A DNA stretch of 63,999 nucleotides, counting the filler, from Globobulimina sp. (taxonomy: Eukaryota): NCBI GenBank assembly GCA_003354225.1. It is 13 parts of 13 records of this genome, joined end to end, with 100 filler letters (N's around TTAATTAATTAA, not from the genome) between each part and the next. Parts side by side here need not be neighbours in the genome. Positions count along the whole stretch, not along the records: positions 24,762 to 29,606 come from PIVH01000896.1; positions 29,707 to 34,545 come from PIVH01000897.1; positions 34,646 to 39,472 come from PIVH01000898.1; 10 more parts are not named here. One strand, written 5' to 3'. This document shows, piece after piece, positions 24,762-36,063 of this stretch. Numbering within the stretch: position 1 is the first letter of the stretch; every line of letters starts with the position of its first letter. The position numbers and the translations under genes were made by a program. The notes beneath the pieces are model-generated. The model worked only from the letters and a program-made list of their open reading frames with translations. It did not search any database and was not told where the DNA came from.

Positions 24762-27700
24762 AAAGAAGATGAAAAAAAGCAAACAGGCAAACGACCACAA
24801 GACGAGAAAAAAGAGAAAGAGAAAGAAAAAGAGTACGATTTGGATAAGATTATAAGGGATTGCTGGTGGTATAAAATAACCGATTTAACCGATCATTTAA
24901 ATCAATTTATGATGCATTGTACGGTATTTCTATCGCAATATACCAATGAATATGACAACACTACGAATAGTAATGTGAGTAATGGCCATTTTGATTGTAA
25001 AGCTTTTTACGATTCCTTCGATTTTCGAATATTTTGCTATTTATTATGTGCAAATAATGTGTTAAGCGGTGGTGATAATAAAAAGACGAAAGACGGTGAT
25101 AATAAACCACGAAAATGGCTAAATAATGAGAAGAAAATCATGACCAATTTGGGCTTAACCAAGGAGAATTTACAAGAATTTTCGACATTGTATAACCTCA
25201 TCACCGCCGAAATCAACAAAAAAGCAAAGCTCTATCCCGTTATACAAAGTGAATACTTATTAAGTGTTGCATTTAAGAAACAAAGCAACGATTACAACAA
25301 AAACATTGCACAAACCAAAACCGTGAAGAGTGGCTATGTCCGCATTGAAGGAGATATAATAAATATATTAATGACTGATTTAGAGCAAGAATTAGATGCC
25401 AAAGGCTTACTGTATTCAACTAAAAAAGTGACCGGCTTGAAAGAGCGGAGCGCTTTTTTCCGAAAATATGAGTGGATCAAAGGCGGCAAAATACCGGATG
25501 GCATAAAGCCGTATGTCTACGAACATCGCAATTATATGATATTCCAAACCTTTATCGCCAAATATGCGCAATCTTTGGAAGGCGGTAAGGTGGTCTTACG
25601 CGATGTGATTGTGTCCAAGAAAAAAGAAGAGAAGAAAAGCGAGAAAAAAGAAGTGAAATCATCCTATCACAAATCCAAATATTCGCATAAACAAAAACAG
25701 AAAGATGGCAGAGCTAAAATTAATGTCCGCGTCGCTGCGGAAAAAGAGGTCCAACAAAAAGAACGCGAGAAAAAGCTGGAAAAAGTGGCCAATTTAATTA
25801 AAGTCTGTAGCACAATGTACAAAGACTTAGAATCTCGCATTCAACGCTTAGACGAAGAATTGGAAGAAACCAACGATCCCATTGCGGCCTTGCCGGGTTT
25901 AACCAAATTGCATCAATGGGCCACGGAATCCGCCTTAAAATGTCATCCTGAACGCAACATATATCCCATTGTGCGTCTATGGCAGATTACGTTTGATATT
26001 TTCCGTCGATTCATAGAGAACCAAAACCAGCAAAGCGAGCTGCCGTCGTTGGAATTGATCCATAGTCTGCAGAAATCTTTGCATTGTATGGGCTTCCAAC
26101 AACCCGCCAGACGCATCGCGACCGTCTATGTGGATAAAAAGTGCGGCGCGCTCAGTTTAGATGAAGTGCTGATCCCTTTTACGACGGATAGTATACGAAT
26201 AAGCATTGGCTGCTCCTATGCGCGCTTCCAAATGGAACATTGCGGCCCGTACATGATTCGAGGCGTAGGCAGCCGGCCCGACCCTCGAGTCTCTGGCTTT
26301 TACCCCGATGAGTGGCAGGTGAAGTTATTGGACATTGTGGACCATCGCTACAGTGCCTTAGTAGTGGCGCCTACTTCGTCGGGGAAGACTTTTGTGTCTT
26401 ATTACTGTATGAAGGAGATATTGCAATTAAATAAATCGGTCAAAAGCCAACGCGAGAAGGGCATAGTTGTGTATGTGTCGCCTACGAAGGCGCTGACATG
26501 GCAAGCTTGTGCCGATATATATAGCAAATATGGCGATGTATTTGGTGTTTTGACGCCGGATTATGACCATAAGCCCTTGGAATGTCAGGTGTTGGTATGT
26601 GTGCCGGAGTCGTTTGAGAAGTTATTAATGTCGTCGCAACGCACGCAGTTGCATAAGCAAATAAAGTATGTCATATTTGACGAGATTCATTGTCTGGGCC
26701 GAAGTGAAGGCGGTGCGATTTGGGAGAGATTGTTAATGTTAATCCGGGCGCCCTTTTTAGCGTTATCTGCGACGGTGGGACATCCATTAAAGTTAAAGAA
26801 ATGGCTAAATACAATAAGCAATGTGTTGCAACTACGCAGTGATGAGTATAAACACAAAGTGCGTATCATTCAGCATAAGGAGAGATGGTCGTACTTAGAG
26901 AAACGTATTTATTTACCAGATAATAGGCAGCGAATCAATGATAAGGCGGCAGATATATATATCGGTTGCAATAAAGAGACGATTGGTTGGAAATCATCGA
27001 TTCTCGGCATACATCCCGTTGGCGCCATTGGCCTAACCACCAATAATAATGTGTTGGATGTGTACGATGGTTTCCCTCCGCTAACCTTCAGCCCCTCGGA
27101 CTGTGTCACTTTGTACGATTCCATGACGAAATATGTAGACCAGATTGGAAATATTAAATATAAGCAAAGATTAATGAAATTAAAACCGGACTTATTCTTC
27201 AGAGAAATGATTTACATCACCAAGAACCAAGCGAGTAAATATGAGAAATTGTTGAAAAAAGAATTGAAATCTTGGATTGTAGGCTTTAATAAGAAATCGC
27301 AGATCATTGATCAGGATTTGTTTGATATCAAAGACGATGATCCCATCGATATGGACGAGAAATTAGTCCATGTCGACATTGATGAGACTGCGCAGGCAAA
27401 GAATAGCAGTTCGACCAAGGCAAACGGCACCAAATTATCCAAGAAGGAAAGGAAAAAACTACAGCAACAAAAGAGAAAGGCCGACTTAGCTAAACAGAGA
27501 CTGTTAGCGGAACAACGCAGAGAACAGCAACGAATGGCCAAGAAAAGGAAAAAAGTTAAGAAAAAGGAAAAAATAACAAAGCAAGCAGTTGTCGAAGAAA
27601 AAAAAGAAGAGAAAAAACAAGACCACAGAGGAGAGATCGAAGAGGAGATATTATCCTTAACTGAGAAGCATAAACGGCGCGTGATTGTGGACAAATTATT

Positions 27701-29591
27701 GAACTCGATGGCTGCCAATACGTTGGAGAGAATTGACCGAATGGAAAAGGTCTTTGCTAACCGCGATTGTTATTCCTTTGAATGGGTTTTGACCAATTTT
27801 ATAAACTTGGTCATTGAGTTGGATTCCACCGACCGATTACCGGCGTTATGCTTTGTTTTAGATCGTGTGCAATGCGAGCAATTATATTTGAAATTATTGT
27901 CGGATTTGGAGTATTTGGAAGAGAAAAAAAAACAGCAAGAGATGGGCGCGGTGGGCAATAGCAAGGAGATGGAGATTGAGCGGAGACGGAGGCAGAAAAA
28001 GTTAGAAAAGCAAAAGAAAAAAGAAGCGAAATTGCGGGAACAGAAGAATCGGCAAAAAAAGAACGAAGAGGAGAACCCAGAGATTCATGATGGTTTAGAT
28101 GACGATTTGTCATTAATGGGAGAGAGTCGCGATTATAGGTTCACATTATTTGAGCGTGGCGATGAAATGGACAGTGATGAGATGCGGTTTTGGACCAAGA
28201 GATTGTTAAAGAAAACGAAATGGCCGTTGACGCATCCTCTGATGAAGGGGTTGGAGCGTGGCATTGGATTACATCACGAAGGCTTACCGTTGCAATACCG
28301 GCATTTGGTGGAGACGTTGTTCCGCGCGCGGCATATCAAGTTGGTTGTGTCTGTGGCGTCGCTGGCGATGGGCGTCAATATGCCGGCGCGCAGTGTGGTG
28401 TTTGCCGGCGACTCGCATATGTTGGACCCACTCAATTATCGACAGATGATGGGCAGAGCCGGGAGGAGAGGCTATGATAATGTGGGCAATGTCATATTTT
28501 GCGGTATTTCGCCACGGAAGATATCGTATTTAATGACTTCGCAGTTGACTTCGTTGAACGGGCATTATCCGATATTGTCGACGACGTCGAGTATACGGTG
28601 TACGCAGTTGTTGTGTAAGTCCATTGCCGATGAAGATTGCGATGAGAAGTATTATATTGGTTTGGTCAAGAATCTATTCCATAAACCATTTAATTATAAG
28701 ATTCCGGGATATGGCGATGATCGACAGTTGAATATTGTGAATAAGTTCCGGTATTCGTTGGAATATCATTTACAAAATGGATTGCTGTCAATCGATAATT
28801 TAGAGGTCGATTGTTTGGGTTCGTTGGCGTCGGTGTTGCATGAGTATGAACCGAATAATTTCTTATTTATTAAGCTATTGCAAAGCGGGTATTTACATAA
28901 AGTATGTTCAGGGTATACCAAAATCATTGGTGATCATAATAGTAAATTAAAAAAGGATATTTTATGCAAATTGATATTAATTTTTTGTTATATATTTGAG
29001 CTACATCCAATTCCGAGCTCGTATGTACCGAAAGCGAATAAATCGAGTTATTTAAGCAAATCACATTTGAGATTACCGATCGATGATTTGGATGAAGAAC
29101 TATTACAAATGATTGATAAATATCGATATGACTTTATATCACATTATTATAATATGTATTATTTACCGCAAAAGAATAATAACAATGATGTAGGCAATAT
29201 ATTTGGTGACGAGAATGTTATAAATTATATTGAATATTATTTAAAATATTTTGATGGTGGAATATTTGGCAATAATCAGATATTTTTATCAGATTTCCGT
29301 GGCCGTGCAATGCATTGTAATGCCTATATTTATGATTTTTATATGCATGAAGATTATAAACGCATTGTGGACGAAGCGTGTTTGCGGGACGGCTTAGCTT
29401 GGAGAAAATTGAAAAAATTTCAATTATTATTGTCGATTATCAATAAATCATTAAATGATATTTCTTGTCTTAAATCAAAACAAGATTTGATAAACGAAGA
29501 CGTAAAATTAAAGATTGAAGAGTTTGAAGGTTCATTACAGAAATTAAGACAGCATAAATTTTCTCTTCGGAAACCAATTCTTTTGTTTTGA
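24762..29591 (+). CDS. DDX60: DDX60-like Ski2-family DExH RNA helicase, 5'-partial
   Basis: ARFQMEHCGPYM...PDPRV..F.PD.WQ..LLD.VD...SA.VVAPTSSGKT (DDX60-type lead-in), PTKAL, DEIH, LALSATVG, GIGLHH.GL, YRQMMGRAGRRGYD. Confidence 0.88.
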   Translation, partial: KEDEKKQTGKRPQDEKKEKEKEKEYDLDKIIRDCWWYKITDLTDHLNQFMMHCTVFLSQYTNEYDNTTNSNVSNGHFDCKAFYDSFDFRIFCYLLCANNVLSGGDNKKTKDGDNKPRKWLNNEKKIMTNLGLTKENLQEFSTLYNLITAEINKKAKLYPVIQSEYLLSVAFKKQSNDYNKNIAQTKTVKSGYVRIEGDIINILMTDLEQELDAKGLLYSTKKVTGLKERSAFFRKYEWIKGGKIPDGIKPYVYEHRNYMIFQTFIAKYAQSLEGGKVVLRDVIVSKKKEEKKSEKKEVKSSYHKSKYSHKQKQKDGRAKINVRVAAEKEVQQKEREKKLEKVANLIKVCSTMYKDLESRIQRLDEELEETNDPIAALPGLTKLHQWATESALKCHPERNIYPIVRLWQITFDIFRRFIENQNQQSELPSLELIHSLQKSLHCMGFQQPARRIATVYVDKKCGALSLDEVLIPFTTDSIRISIGCSYARFQMEHCGPYMIRGVGSRPDPRVSGFYPDEWQVKLLDIVDHRYSALVVAPTSSGKTFVSYYCMKEILQLNKSVKSQREKGIVVYVSPTKALTWQACADIYSKYGDVFGVLTPDYDHKPLECQVLVCVPESFEKLLMSSQRTQLHKQIKYVIFDEIHCLGRSEGGAIWERLLMLIRAPFLALSATVGHPLKLKKWLNTISNVLQLRSDEYKHKVRIIQHKERWSYLEKRIYLPDNRQRINDKAADIYIGCNKETIGWKSSILGIHPVGAIGLTTNNNVLDVYDGFPPLTFSPSDCVTLYDSMTKYVDQIGNIKYKQRLMKLKPDLFFREMIYITKNQASKYEKLLKKELKSWIVGFNKKSQIIDQDLFDIKDDDPIDMDEKLVHVDIDETAQAKNSSSTKANGTKLSKKERKKLQQQKRKADLAKQRLLAEQRREQQRMAKKRKKVKKKEKITKQAVVEEKKEEKKQDHRGEIEEEILSLTEKHKRRVIVDKLLNSMAANTLERIDRMEKVFANRDCYSFEWVLTNFINLVIELDSTDRLPALCFVLDRVQCEQLYLKLLSDLEYLEEKKKQQEMGAVGNSKEMEIERRRRQKKLEKQKKKEAKLREQKNRQKKNEEENPEIHDGLDDDLSLMGESRDYRFTLFERGDEMDSDEMRFWTKRLLKKTKWPLTHPLMKGLERGIGLHHEGLPLQYRHLVETLFRARHIKLVVSVASLAMGVNMPARSVVFAGDSHMLDPLNYRQMMGRAGRRGYDNVGNVIFCGISPRKISYLMTSQLTSLNGHYPILSTTSSIRCTQLLCKSIADEDCDEKYYIGLVKNLFHKPFNYKIPGYGDDRQLNIVNKFRYSLEYHLQNGLLSIDNLEVDCLGSLASVLHEYEPNNFLFIKLLQSGYLHKVCSGYTKIIGDHNSKLKKDILCKLILIFCYIFELHPIPSSYVPKANKSSYLSKSHLRLPIDDLDEELLQMIDKYRYDFISHYYNMYYLPQKNNNNDVGNIFGDENVINYIEYYLKYFDGGIFGNNQIFLSDFRGRAMHCNAYIYDFYMHEDYKRIVDEACLRDGLAWRKLKKFQLLLSIINKSLNDISCLKSKQDLINEDVKLKIEEFEGSLQKLRQHKFSLRKPILLF

Positions 29592-29706
29592 TAAAATCAT
29601 AAATGGNNNNNNNNNNNNNNNNNNNNNNNNNNNNNNNNNNNNNNNNNNNNTTAATTAATTAANNNNNNNNNNNNNNNNNNNNNNNNNNNNNNNNNNNNNN
29701 NNNNNN

Positions 29707-30978
29707 TTTATTTAATATGTTCTCATAAAATAATTCAATTCCGGCCGGAACCAAACAAATCCAAAACAACCATATGGTGAATACACCGATTAATTCCATT
29801 TTTAAGCCACATTTGTTGCCCAAACATGGAGTTAAAAACGTACCAAATATACCACAAACTGCACCAATTCCTTTGGCGATTCCTAACACAGAAAACGATA
29901 AACCTTGAAATCTGAGGTGGTGCAAGGAATTAAATAATATTACCAATAATTTTTACAACTGATTGTCTGATTCAATATTATTTAATTCCCGTACCTTAAA
30001 TATGCGGTAACCAAAGTACCTCCATCTAACACACTGCAAAATAGCATGCAATATGACAATGACACCCATAGCATTTTGGATTTTATATAATATTTCCATC
30101 CTGAAATTAATTTTGAAACGTTGCTTTTTCGTTTTTTCATTGTTTGTTGCATGTTATCTTTATTTACTGCTAAAATGGGATTTGCTTTATATGCAATATG
30201 AATTGTTATATATTCAAGAAAAAATCCAATAACATTCCAAATAACAATCCATATTAAACCATATTGGATTTTCTGTGTAGATGTATTACCTAAATATTGC
30301 GTAGTGATACCAAATAAAGCGGGTGCCAGTAATTTGCAAAATAAATCAATTCGACGCATACGACCTTTATTATATATTATTAATTAAAAACGAGTTTACA
30401 TTGTTACAAAAATATATTGTATACCATTTATTGTGGTTAATATGGTCTCATTGTTTTGACACAAGACAACGACCCAATCTTTTTCTAATGCCAAAGTTGC
30501 GCCCTTTCCCATTATTTCTCCAATCATTGAGGTTACAACGCATCCTCCAAAGAACAATGCTAATTTTGTATCAACGGAAGGATTCGATGAAAACATATCA
30601 GCCATAATATATAATAAAATCGATGAGATGATAATGCAAATGTTTTGGACCAAAATGGTGGAACGAACCACAAATAATCTATTTGTTGTATCAATCCAGG
30701 AACCAAATGTAGGCATAAACTAATCAGATGTATATGGTTCAAGTAACATATTATATATTATTCAACGTAGAGCATACCGCAAACACAGCGGCATTGGTTG
30801 CAAATGCAAATATTGATTGAGGTAAAATGCTGTGAGTATAAAACTCTGTGAATAAAATAGGTATTGCAAATTGCCATAATCTATCACCAAATGTTTGTAA
30901 CAAATGAGATGTGTACAATGGTAAAAATGATATCGCTTTTGCAGTTTTCTGATCTATCGGGATCGGGATGCTAGCCAT
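29707..30978 (-). CDS. SLC40A1: Ferroportin (SLC40/FPN1 family), multi-exon, 3'-partial
   Basis: LYTSHLLQTFGDRLWQFA, FGSWID..NRL.VV...ILVQN, LALEKDWVVV and MRRIDLFCKLLAP; three in-frame GT-AG introns. Confidence 0.92.
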
Positions 30979-31152
30979 GCTAATTGCTGAGCAGAGAGGT
31001 TTTTTAGAAGTTAAATCTTTCGAAGACGCTGTTAATTAGTGGTGTAATCGCTGTTAATTATTATAGTCAAAGCAAAATAAAAAACAATGATAGTAGTGAC
31101 TAGTGAATACAATTAAATTGACGGTGACTTTTTTAAAATTGTTTCTCATAAA

Positions 31153-32049
31153 TCATTGGTTTGTTGAGTCGTTAACCCCTTCATCATTATATTTTTTATT
31201 TCCTGTAGAAATTCGTTTAATGTTATCCATAATATGCAATTTATGCTTTATCGATATAATACCGAATCTATGCAAATCTCCATTATTTAGCTTATCTAAT
31301 ATGAATCCATCAACTTCTTCATTTTTCAAATTAATTCTCAATTTATCCCCAAATGATTCATATTGTTTCTCCAAACTCATTATCCAATCACATACATCAT
31401 CGCTATTCCATTCTAAATATTTATTTTCATCGATACTAAATTGTCGACATTTTGCAGTTAATTCTTTTATTTGTTTTGCCATTTTATTAACCAATTTATT
31501 TGATATCATAGTAGCTCGAACCCATAGCTCCGTTTTATTAATAACAGTCCCGTCCGGTCCTGGTATCCCTCCCTCATATCCTTTATCATATATTCCCACC
31601 GTATACCAATAGAAAAACCCAGAACTCGGAGCTCCATTCATCAGTGATACGTTTCCATTGACCGAGTGATTTCCAGTCCATTCTAAGCCGCCCCATTCAA
31701 ATCTAGTGTGATGAATATCGATGGGTTCATATCCGCTGACATTCGCAGTGCTGCCTGAATCTGCCGGATTTGATGTTTGTTTCCAATGTTGATATTTTTT
31801 ATCAGGGTTATTTGGCCAAAATAATTTGAATTCAAATTTATTGTCTTTTGCATCCCGAAATGTTTCTAATTTGTGTAATATCGCATAATTTGCAGCTAAA
31901 GGATCATTATCATTCAATTGTAATACATTTTTGGGCCAAGCTTTGTTATGAGAGGATTTGAGAGAAAATGTTTGGCGGAATACCATTATCCATACTTTAT
32001 CGGTGGTGTCCAGAGCGTTTTTATTTTCCTTTCTATCATCGGCTGCCAT
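31153..32049 (-). CDS. Fibrinogen-like (FReD-related) domain fused to a C-terminal SAM domain
   Basis: WIMVFRQT...YAILHKLE.FR....FEFKL.WP....WKQTSNP...WGGL...TELWVR, then SAM W.SDDVCDWI...EEVDG..L..L...DL.RFGI....HK..I. No signal peptide. Confidence 0.6.
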   Translation of the reverse strand: MAADDRKENKNALDTTDKVWIMVFRQTFSLKSSHNKAWPKNVLQLNDNDPLAANYAILHKLETFRDAKDNKFEFKLFWPNNPDKKYQHWKQTSNPADSGSTANVSGYEPIDIHHTRFEWGGLEWTGNHSVNGNVSLMNGAPSSGFFYWYTVGIYDKGYEGGIPGPDGTVINKTELWVRATMISNKLVNKMAKQIKELTAKCRQFSIDENKYLEWNSDDVCDWIMSLEKQYESFGDKLRINLKNEEVDGFILDKLNNGDLHRFGIISIKHKLHIMDNIKRISTGNKKYNDEGVNDSTNQ

Positions 32050-32260
32050 TAATATATTTGTGAGTTAGCTTCAAATGTCTTTGTTGAAAAACAAAAAGAA
32101 TAGTTTCCAGTTGAAATTGGATCACAACAATGATTAAGGAATATTTGCCTCTACAACGTACACATTAGGACATGGACAGGAGAGAGAAATTCAACCTTTA
32201 ATGTTAGAAAAATATAAATCCGATCACAGCACAGTATCAATGTCCTGAATGAATATCTTT

Positions 32261-34525
32261 TCAGTAAATGGAAGCGGTGTTGAGAGCGTTCTTAATTTGA
32301 ATTGCTTCATTTTCATGAAACAGATCAGTATATTTGATAAATCTTTTATTTATAAAATGAATTTTCTGTGTATTGTTTAAATATTTTGCAGCTTTAATAG
32401 CCATTAAATAAATGTATTTATTATCTCTGGCTTGGTTTTTATTGTCATTTATAATTAAATCATATAAATACAATACATTTGCGTAATATTTATTATTCAT
32501 ATATGCATTCATCATTACACAAATTATTTGATAATCTTTATTTTTATTAGTAATTGTATTAAATGTATCAACTGAATTGTTAATATCACCGCATTTACCA
32601 TACATTGAAATTAATTCCGTTTTTAATTGCAAATTATTTTGATATTCGTGCAATTTTCTACATTTTGAATGAATATATTTACCTTTTTCTAAGTTTTTAA
32701 GATGTCCCGAAGCTTTGATTGCAAATAAATTTGTAATTAGATTGTTATGTAAAATATTTATATATTTATTTAATTCAATGTTATCATAAAGATTCATAAC
32801 ATTTTCATATAAATTATAATTAATATAAATATTCATCATTGAACCAATGGAAATTATATCTTTTTCATAGTCATTTATTGCATCAAATATATTTAATGCA
32901 TCCTCAAAATCACCCAATTTGCCATAAAATATAATTAATGCATTTTTTAATAAAATATTATCCAAACTCTTAATTTCTTTTATTATCTCTTTACCTTTTT
33001 CATAATTTTTAAGTTTTAAACATGAATTCATTGCAATGACAAAACATTGGTTATCTTTTTCTATGTTTGCAGGAATTTTATGAAATAATTCCAATGATTC
33101 ATTATATTTTTTATTGTCATTAAAAGCATTCATCATCGAAGAGATATTTATTATATTTTTATTTTTCTCGTCAATCGACCCAAATATTTGCACACATTGA
33201 TAAATATCACCTAATTTGCCATAAAATGTTATTAACGAATTTTTAAATATATTCCAATCATCGAAATCTTTAAATAATTTACATTCATTATGCATATTTT
33301 GGCCATTTTCAAAATCTTTTAAAATTGTATAAATTTTAATTATCATCGAATATGTTATCTCATTCTTTATATTATTATCATACAAATGGAATACATCCAA
33401 TGCGTTTCTATATTTTTTATGTTTTATGTAAATATTTATCATCCAATTAATTAATTTTATATTTTTATCATCAATGGAGTTAAATATTTCTTTTGCACCT
33501 TTCAAATTATTAATATGTTGCTTGCCAATCCGTTGTATTGTTTTGCCTTCGCCATTGTCTTTGAATTTGTCGATTAAATGTTGTATTCGAATATCATCAA
33601 TAAACTTATTTTCAAAGTTAAGTTTCATTTTTTCTAATTTAGCAATTAAAAACTCAGCAAATGATGAATTCTTTGATAAAATACATGCATTTAAAGCAGT
33701 GATATAACAAATAATGTCGGCATTATTGTTTAGAGTGGTAAACAATTTTAAACATTGAGTATATTTTTCATTTTTTAAATACGCATTCATCAGACAACAA
33801 ATAGTAAAAATATCTCTCGCATCGCATGGAATAGAATCAAATATATTTTGTGCTGAATGTATTTCTTTACACGAGCCGTAAAAATTAATTAACGTATTCT
33901 TTATTGCTATATTTTTATTGTATAAATATCGCATTTTATTATTCATAATTATTTTTGAATGGATCTCTTTTCCTTTAAACAAATATTTTAAGTTTGTACA
34001 GGCGACAATGGCGATTTTATGCGTCGATAGTTCTTTTTTTAGATTGGTTGCTTTTAATTGCCAAGAACTGCTCATATATTCATCATATAATCTAATTGCT
34101 GAATTATGTTTGTTTTGTTTAATATAAACATTCATCATTGCACCAACACAAACGATATGTTTCTGATGGATGGAATTAAAAACACTTAATGCATTGTCGA
34201 TATTTAATGAACATTTGCCATAAAAATCTAGCAATGATGTTTTTATTTCAATATTATTTTCATAAATATTCTTATATTTTTCTTTAATTTCACAATGAAT
34301 TTCTTTTCCAGTTTTTAAATCATTCATAGCTGTACAACACTTAATGTATAAATGTATAAACATGAAATAAAAGCGTTGGAAACTGAAGTTATATGGCAAG
34401 AAACCAGAAATACGTACGGCAAACCGTAAAGTAGAGCGTCTGTCTTTGTACCAATTGTGCTGTAAATACCATTGATTTGCAAACACAATATGGACAAATA
34501 GAAACAATATACGGTCATATGACAA
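32261..34525 (-). CDS. Pentatricopeptide-repeat protein, PLS-like motif pattern, no DYW domain seen
   Basis: Recurring triplets GKEIH / KNTLINFYGSC....A..IFDSI / I..MMNAY...A..LF. The first ~55 codons do not look PPR-like, so the start is uncertain. Confidence 0.85.
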   Translation of the reverse strand: MSYDRILFLFVHIVFANQWYLQHNWYKDRRSTLRFAVRISGFLPYNFSFQRFYFMFIHLYIKCCTAMNDLKTGKEIHCEIKEKYKNIYENNIEIKTSLLDFYGKCSLNIDNALSVFNSIHQKHIVCVGAMMNVYIKQNKHNSAIRLYDEYMSSSWQLKATNLKKELSTHKIAIVACTNLKYLFKGKEIHSKIIMNNKMRYLYNKNIAIKNTLINFYGSCKEIHSAQNIFDSIPCDARDIFTICCLMNAYLKNEKYTQCLKLFTTLNNNADIICYITALNACILSKNSSFAEFLIAKLEKMKLNFENKFIDDIRIQHLIDKFKDNGEGKTIQRIGKQHINNLKGAKEIFNSIDDKNIKLINWMINIYIKHKKYRNALDVFHLYDNNIKNEITYSMIIKIYTILKDFENGQNMHNECKLFKDFDDWNIFKNSLITFYGKLGDIYQCVQIFGSIDEKNKNIINISSMMNAFNDNKKYNESLELFHKIPANIEKDNQCFVIAMNSCLKLKNYEKGKEIIKEIKSLDNILLKNALIIFYGKLGDFEDALNIFDAINDYEKDIISIGSMMNIYINYNLYENVMNLYDNIELNKYINILHNNLITNLFAIKASGHLKNLEKGKYIHSKCRKLHEYQNNLQLKTELISMYGKCGDINNSVDTFNTITNKNKDYQIICVMMNAYMNNKYYANVLYLYDLIINDNKNQARDNKYIYLMAIKAAKYLNNTQKIHFINKRFIKYTDLFHENEAIQIKNALNTASIY

Positions 34526-34645
34526 CGCTATACTGTCAGATAGAANNNNNNNNNNNNNNNNNNNNNNNNNNNNNNNNNNNNNNNNNNNNTTAATTAATTA
34601 ANNNNNNNNNNNNNNNNNNNNNNNNNNNNNNNNNNNNNNNNNNNN

Positions 34646-35919
34646 ATACGTTTTATCGTTGTGTAGTACCGGATCGCTATGGCCAATTACGAATATTTAT
34701 GCCCTCATTCACTTTTTATAATAATTTAACATTTGATATGAATAACAACAATGACGAAGGCGGTCAATATCGACAACTATTTAATACGATCATAAATGAT
34801 GTTATTCCTTTGTTTAATAACACCGTAAATAATAATAATAATCAAAAAAACTTACAGTTTAATAAAGAATTGGATGTTTTAAAATTATTTGAGACCTTTG
34901 GTCGTATCATTGGTCTGTCTGTGCGTTCATTGTTACATATAAATATTCCATTTCCTGAATGGTTTTGGGATTTATTATGGAATGATAATATTAATAGTGA
35001 TTCGAATGTAAATATAAATAAAGAATACATATTGTCATTACGTAGAGGATTATTTTTTATTTTGCCAAAACAAATTGAATATTTGTTAAATGCCAAACAA
35101 TTTCAATTATTAGTTTGTGGCGCTAGCGATGGAAACGAATATGGTTTGGCATCGTTTTCTATTCAACACTTATTACGCATAAAAGACAGAGAAATATCAC
35201 CACTGCGCGAGAAATATGTGATTAATGAAACATCGATGGAGAATCGAATGGTATTATTATTAGAATCGCGCGCTGTTTATGTTGAGCCACTGAATAGAAA
35301 CACATCGCATATTTGCATGTTTTGGAAGGTTTTATTTAGTTTGAATAAGTTGCAGTTATTTAAATTTATAAAGTTTTTATGTGGCCATGATTTATGGCCA
35401 TTGTATATTACATCGCATGCAAACCCATCACAAATGATTGAAGCAAATATATATTCAAATTATATATCTTTGGATAATAAGCAAAAGAAAGTACCGATGA
35501 CTTCTATTAATTTGTCAGCAGACGTTTTATATGAAATTGAATACATTGATTATTTGGTAAAATCATATCATTTGTATGGAGCAATCATGCACAATAAAAT
35601 GAATAATCACAACATTATGGACGAAATGAATCGTTTATGGATCATTGATGAATGTTGCATCACATTTTGTAACCAAACATCTCTAATGAAACAATCTCCA
35701 AATAAATATTTGCCAGAGGTCCATACGTGTACTTGTTCAATCAGATTACCTTCATATTCGTCAGAAAAAGTATTGGAAATGAAATTATTAAAAGCAATTC
35801 AATTATGTAATACTTTTGATTCATTAAACACTCAATTTCCAATTAATAAAATTATACAGAAAAGAAATAAAACATTTAAATCAAACACAACGCAAACACT
35901 TCAGCAATTATTCAAATGA
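34646..35919 (+). CDS. HECT-domain E3 ubiquitin ligase, C-terminal part (5'-partial)
   Basis: DEGGQYRQLF, FGRIIGLSVR, MFWKVL.SL......FIKFLCG, and LPEVHTC...IRLPSYSS..VLEMKLLKAI carrying the catalytic Cys. Confidence 0.85.
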
Positions 35920-36063
35920 TTGTTGTACTTTTACTACTTTATTGTGTATTTTTGTATCAATTGAATTGTTTTTATTATATATTTTCCTAATTCTTGCTTA
36001 AGAGATTGTTTGTTATTTAGTATTTTTAGTAGCATTTGGAGGTTGAACTCTAGCTTAAAGGAC

